Below the pieces are notes generated by a model. The model ran no database searches. It had not been told where the DNA came from and was given only the letters and a program-made list of their open reading frames with translations. From Haliotis rufescens (lineage: Eukaryota), in NCBI RefSeq assembly GCF_023055435.1, contig NW_025963802.1:26412001-26476000 (forward strand): a stretch of DNA of 64,000 nt, given 5' to 3'. The position numbers and the translations under genes are program-made. Below are positions 61,761 through 64,000 of the stretch, piece by piece. How positions within the stretch are numbered: the first letter of the stretch is position 1; each line of letters begins with the position of its first letter.

Positions 61761-62106
61761 ACTGTATTAGCTGTGTTTATGTGAACATGGGGTGAGATTT
61801 ACAATGAAGCTTAATAGTGGAATGATGTACAATTGAGTTGTGAAAATGTTATAAAGTGTCTACATTGGACCTTTGAACTAATTGCCTTGTTGACCATGTT
61901 GACTTTTTGTGGTGAGAAATACGTACAAGGACAAAATTATGACAGTAATCATGATAATAAATGAAGATCTTAACACAATTTTCTCATATTGAAATCTTGA
62001 ATTAAAATTAGAGTACTTTAATAATGGAACTTATGAACAAAGTTATTAAACATTTGTTTTTATTAATTTTGTTATTTTATCATTAATCCTGCCAACATCA
62101 AACAAA

Positions 62107-64000
62107 GTTATTACTGTTAATAATTCTAAGAATACTACCTATATTACATATCTGCCATAAATCCTGTAATTTGGCTTCAATTACACAAACTCAAATTTTC
62201 AGATATTCAACAGACGTCCTCTTCACTGTCAATTACACACACTTAGTTGCCGCCAAGTAGTTTCATAACTACCCACATCCTGACGTCACAATGGCGGCCA
62301 TATCACTTTTTCCCCTCATCGCCAACTAGAGGTAGATGAATTGGGGAGGTGGGAGGAAGTAATTCGTATGTAATAGAAGTAGTATTCTTAGAGTTATTAA
62401 CAATAACTATTGTTGGATAATTCTTATGAAACTTCTACCTCTATTACATATCTGCCAGAATATACCAGAGGGACCCCCGTTTGATCTGCCTCTAGTAAGT
62501 CCCTGTGTAATTGACAGCAATCCTCTTCTGGAAACCATAATGTACTGATTCTCATCCTACTGAGATAATTTCCTCTGAAATTCCCCTTAAGGACTTGAAA
62601 ATGAGAATGCTATGTCAATAATCCGTCAAATATGTGATATTATCACTAGATTTACCGTTATATTTGCTGATTTTGACCATAGCAAACCTGGAATCTGACG
62701 CATCTGTGAATAGATGATGTTCTGGCGTAGGATAAGTCAGCGGGATGCCACTCATCACATGTTCTCTGTGATTCCACCATTGAAGGTCTTGTAGCAAAGT
62801 GGGAGGTAACTGAGACTGGAATTCTACGCCCTTCAATCGTATAGAGTTGACCCATGTCTGTTGAGGACGTAGCCTCAGTCTTCCTCTGAAGGTCACATTC
62901 GTAGAGATGTCAAGTTGCCTAGCAGACACATCCACCACCTCAGCAACTTGATGGGTTGACTTGAGATTGATTGGATCATCATTTATAGTCTTGTCGAATC
63001 GATCCTCTGGTGGACATAGATACTCCCTGTCAAGCTGGAATCTTTCTCTGATGTATAAAATGTGTGTCGTAGTGTCAGCCATTGATTGCGAAGCGTAGAT
63101 ATTTCCGAGATGATGGGTGTATCGGGACATGAAGATATGCATCTGTAAGATCTAGGCTGATAAGCCAGTCTACCTTCTTCAACGTCAACCGCGGGGGCGG
63201 TCGGGTAGCCTAGTGGTTAAATCGTTCGCTCGTCACGCTGAAGACCCGGGTTCGATTCCCGACATGGGTACAATGTGTGAAGCCCATTTCTGGTGTCCCC
63301 CGCCGTGATATTGCTGGAATATTGCTAAAAGCGGCGTAAAACCATACTCACTCACTCACTCACTCACTCAACGTCAACCGCAAGTTCTGTATCATGGATT
63401 TTGGAGGCTTCACTAGATATCTCTTGTTGAGGGTCTTTATATCTATTATCACCCTCACCTTGGTTGTGTTCTTCTTCGGGACTAAAGAGACTGGGGAATT
63501 AAAACCTTTGGTGTTGTTGGACTCCTTTAGTTGACTCCGAAATGGCTCGCTTCTTCCGTAGTTTCCTGATGGCCAATGCTGCAGCTGCTAACTTGGCACT
63601 GGTCAGGTAAAATCTTCGACCCATGGCATGAATGTTCAGGCTCGGATGTTTCCTGAAGTGTAGCTTCTAACCATGAGCCACAACGCCTAGAATCCAGTGG
63701 TCAGGCACAACTTGCTACCAATTTTCTACGTATGACAGAAGGCGCCCTCCCACTGGGCCTGGGGTCGGTGTTATGTTGAAAAACGGTAGGCATAAATACC
63801 AATCCATAGACGTAACCAGGACAAAAAGGTCTATAATGTCAGAGGGGGGTAAGGAAGTCAGAATTTTCTTTCCCCTTTGCCGCTTGATCTTCCAGGGCGA
63901 TTATATCCCTATTTCTTGTAGTCTGGCTGGCGAAAAGAGTCCTGCGAAGATTGTAGCTTGTCGTACCTCCGCCTCGGTTGGAACGAATCCTGCCCGGAGG
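62107..64000 (-). mobile_element. Internally deleted DIRS-type retrotransposon relic, extending past the right window edge
   Basis: GGRL..YVENW..DHWILGVV, LVPKK..RVIIDIKTLN, DWLISLDLTDAYLHVPIHPSSRKYLRF, LQWW..SGIPL, LFTDAS; direct and inverted terminal repeats at 62107-62457. Confidence 0.8.
63193..63367 (+). mobile_element. tRNA-derived SINE with an (ACTC)n tail, inserted into the DIRS RT
   Basis: A box TAGCCTAGTGG, B box GGTTCGATTCC; 14-bp TSD TCAACGTCAACCGC at 63179-63192 and 63368-63381. Confidence 0.92.

Noticed and set aside
63193-63270. tRNA gene
   Set aside because: A/B boxes are present but the acceptor stem is poor, and it continues into a SINE body with an (ACTC)n tail and a TSD.

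Overview
Eukaryotic, AT-rich, repeat-dense genomic DNA from an invertebrate; the repeat repertoire suggests a mollusc, possibly abalone-like (inference). The only host gene I can support is a dysferlin/myoferlin-type ferlin on the minus strand. Four GT-AG exons (29303-29408, 22722-22797, 21934-22112, 93-287) splice in frame and encode the end of C2A, the linker and most of C2B. There is also a candidate internal alternative first exon (15862-16074) and two candidate in-frame cassette exons. The rest is intronic or upstream DNA with two full-length Ty3/Gypsy elements whose LTR pairs look identical. The first is a Mag-like element (35084-40079) with a frameshifted protease. The second is an unusual Gag-less element (46811-55313) with an intact 1737-aa Pol, a chromodomain plus a second chromo/chromo-shadow-like module, and non-TG..CA termini, nested in an old LINE. 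Also present: two Helentron-type non-autonomous elements with internal tandem arrays; LINE, DIRS, Tc1 and hAT relics; several SINEs; about nine minisatellite arrays; and two N-gaps. Most ORFs in the supplied track are artefacts of tandem repeats.
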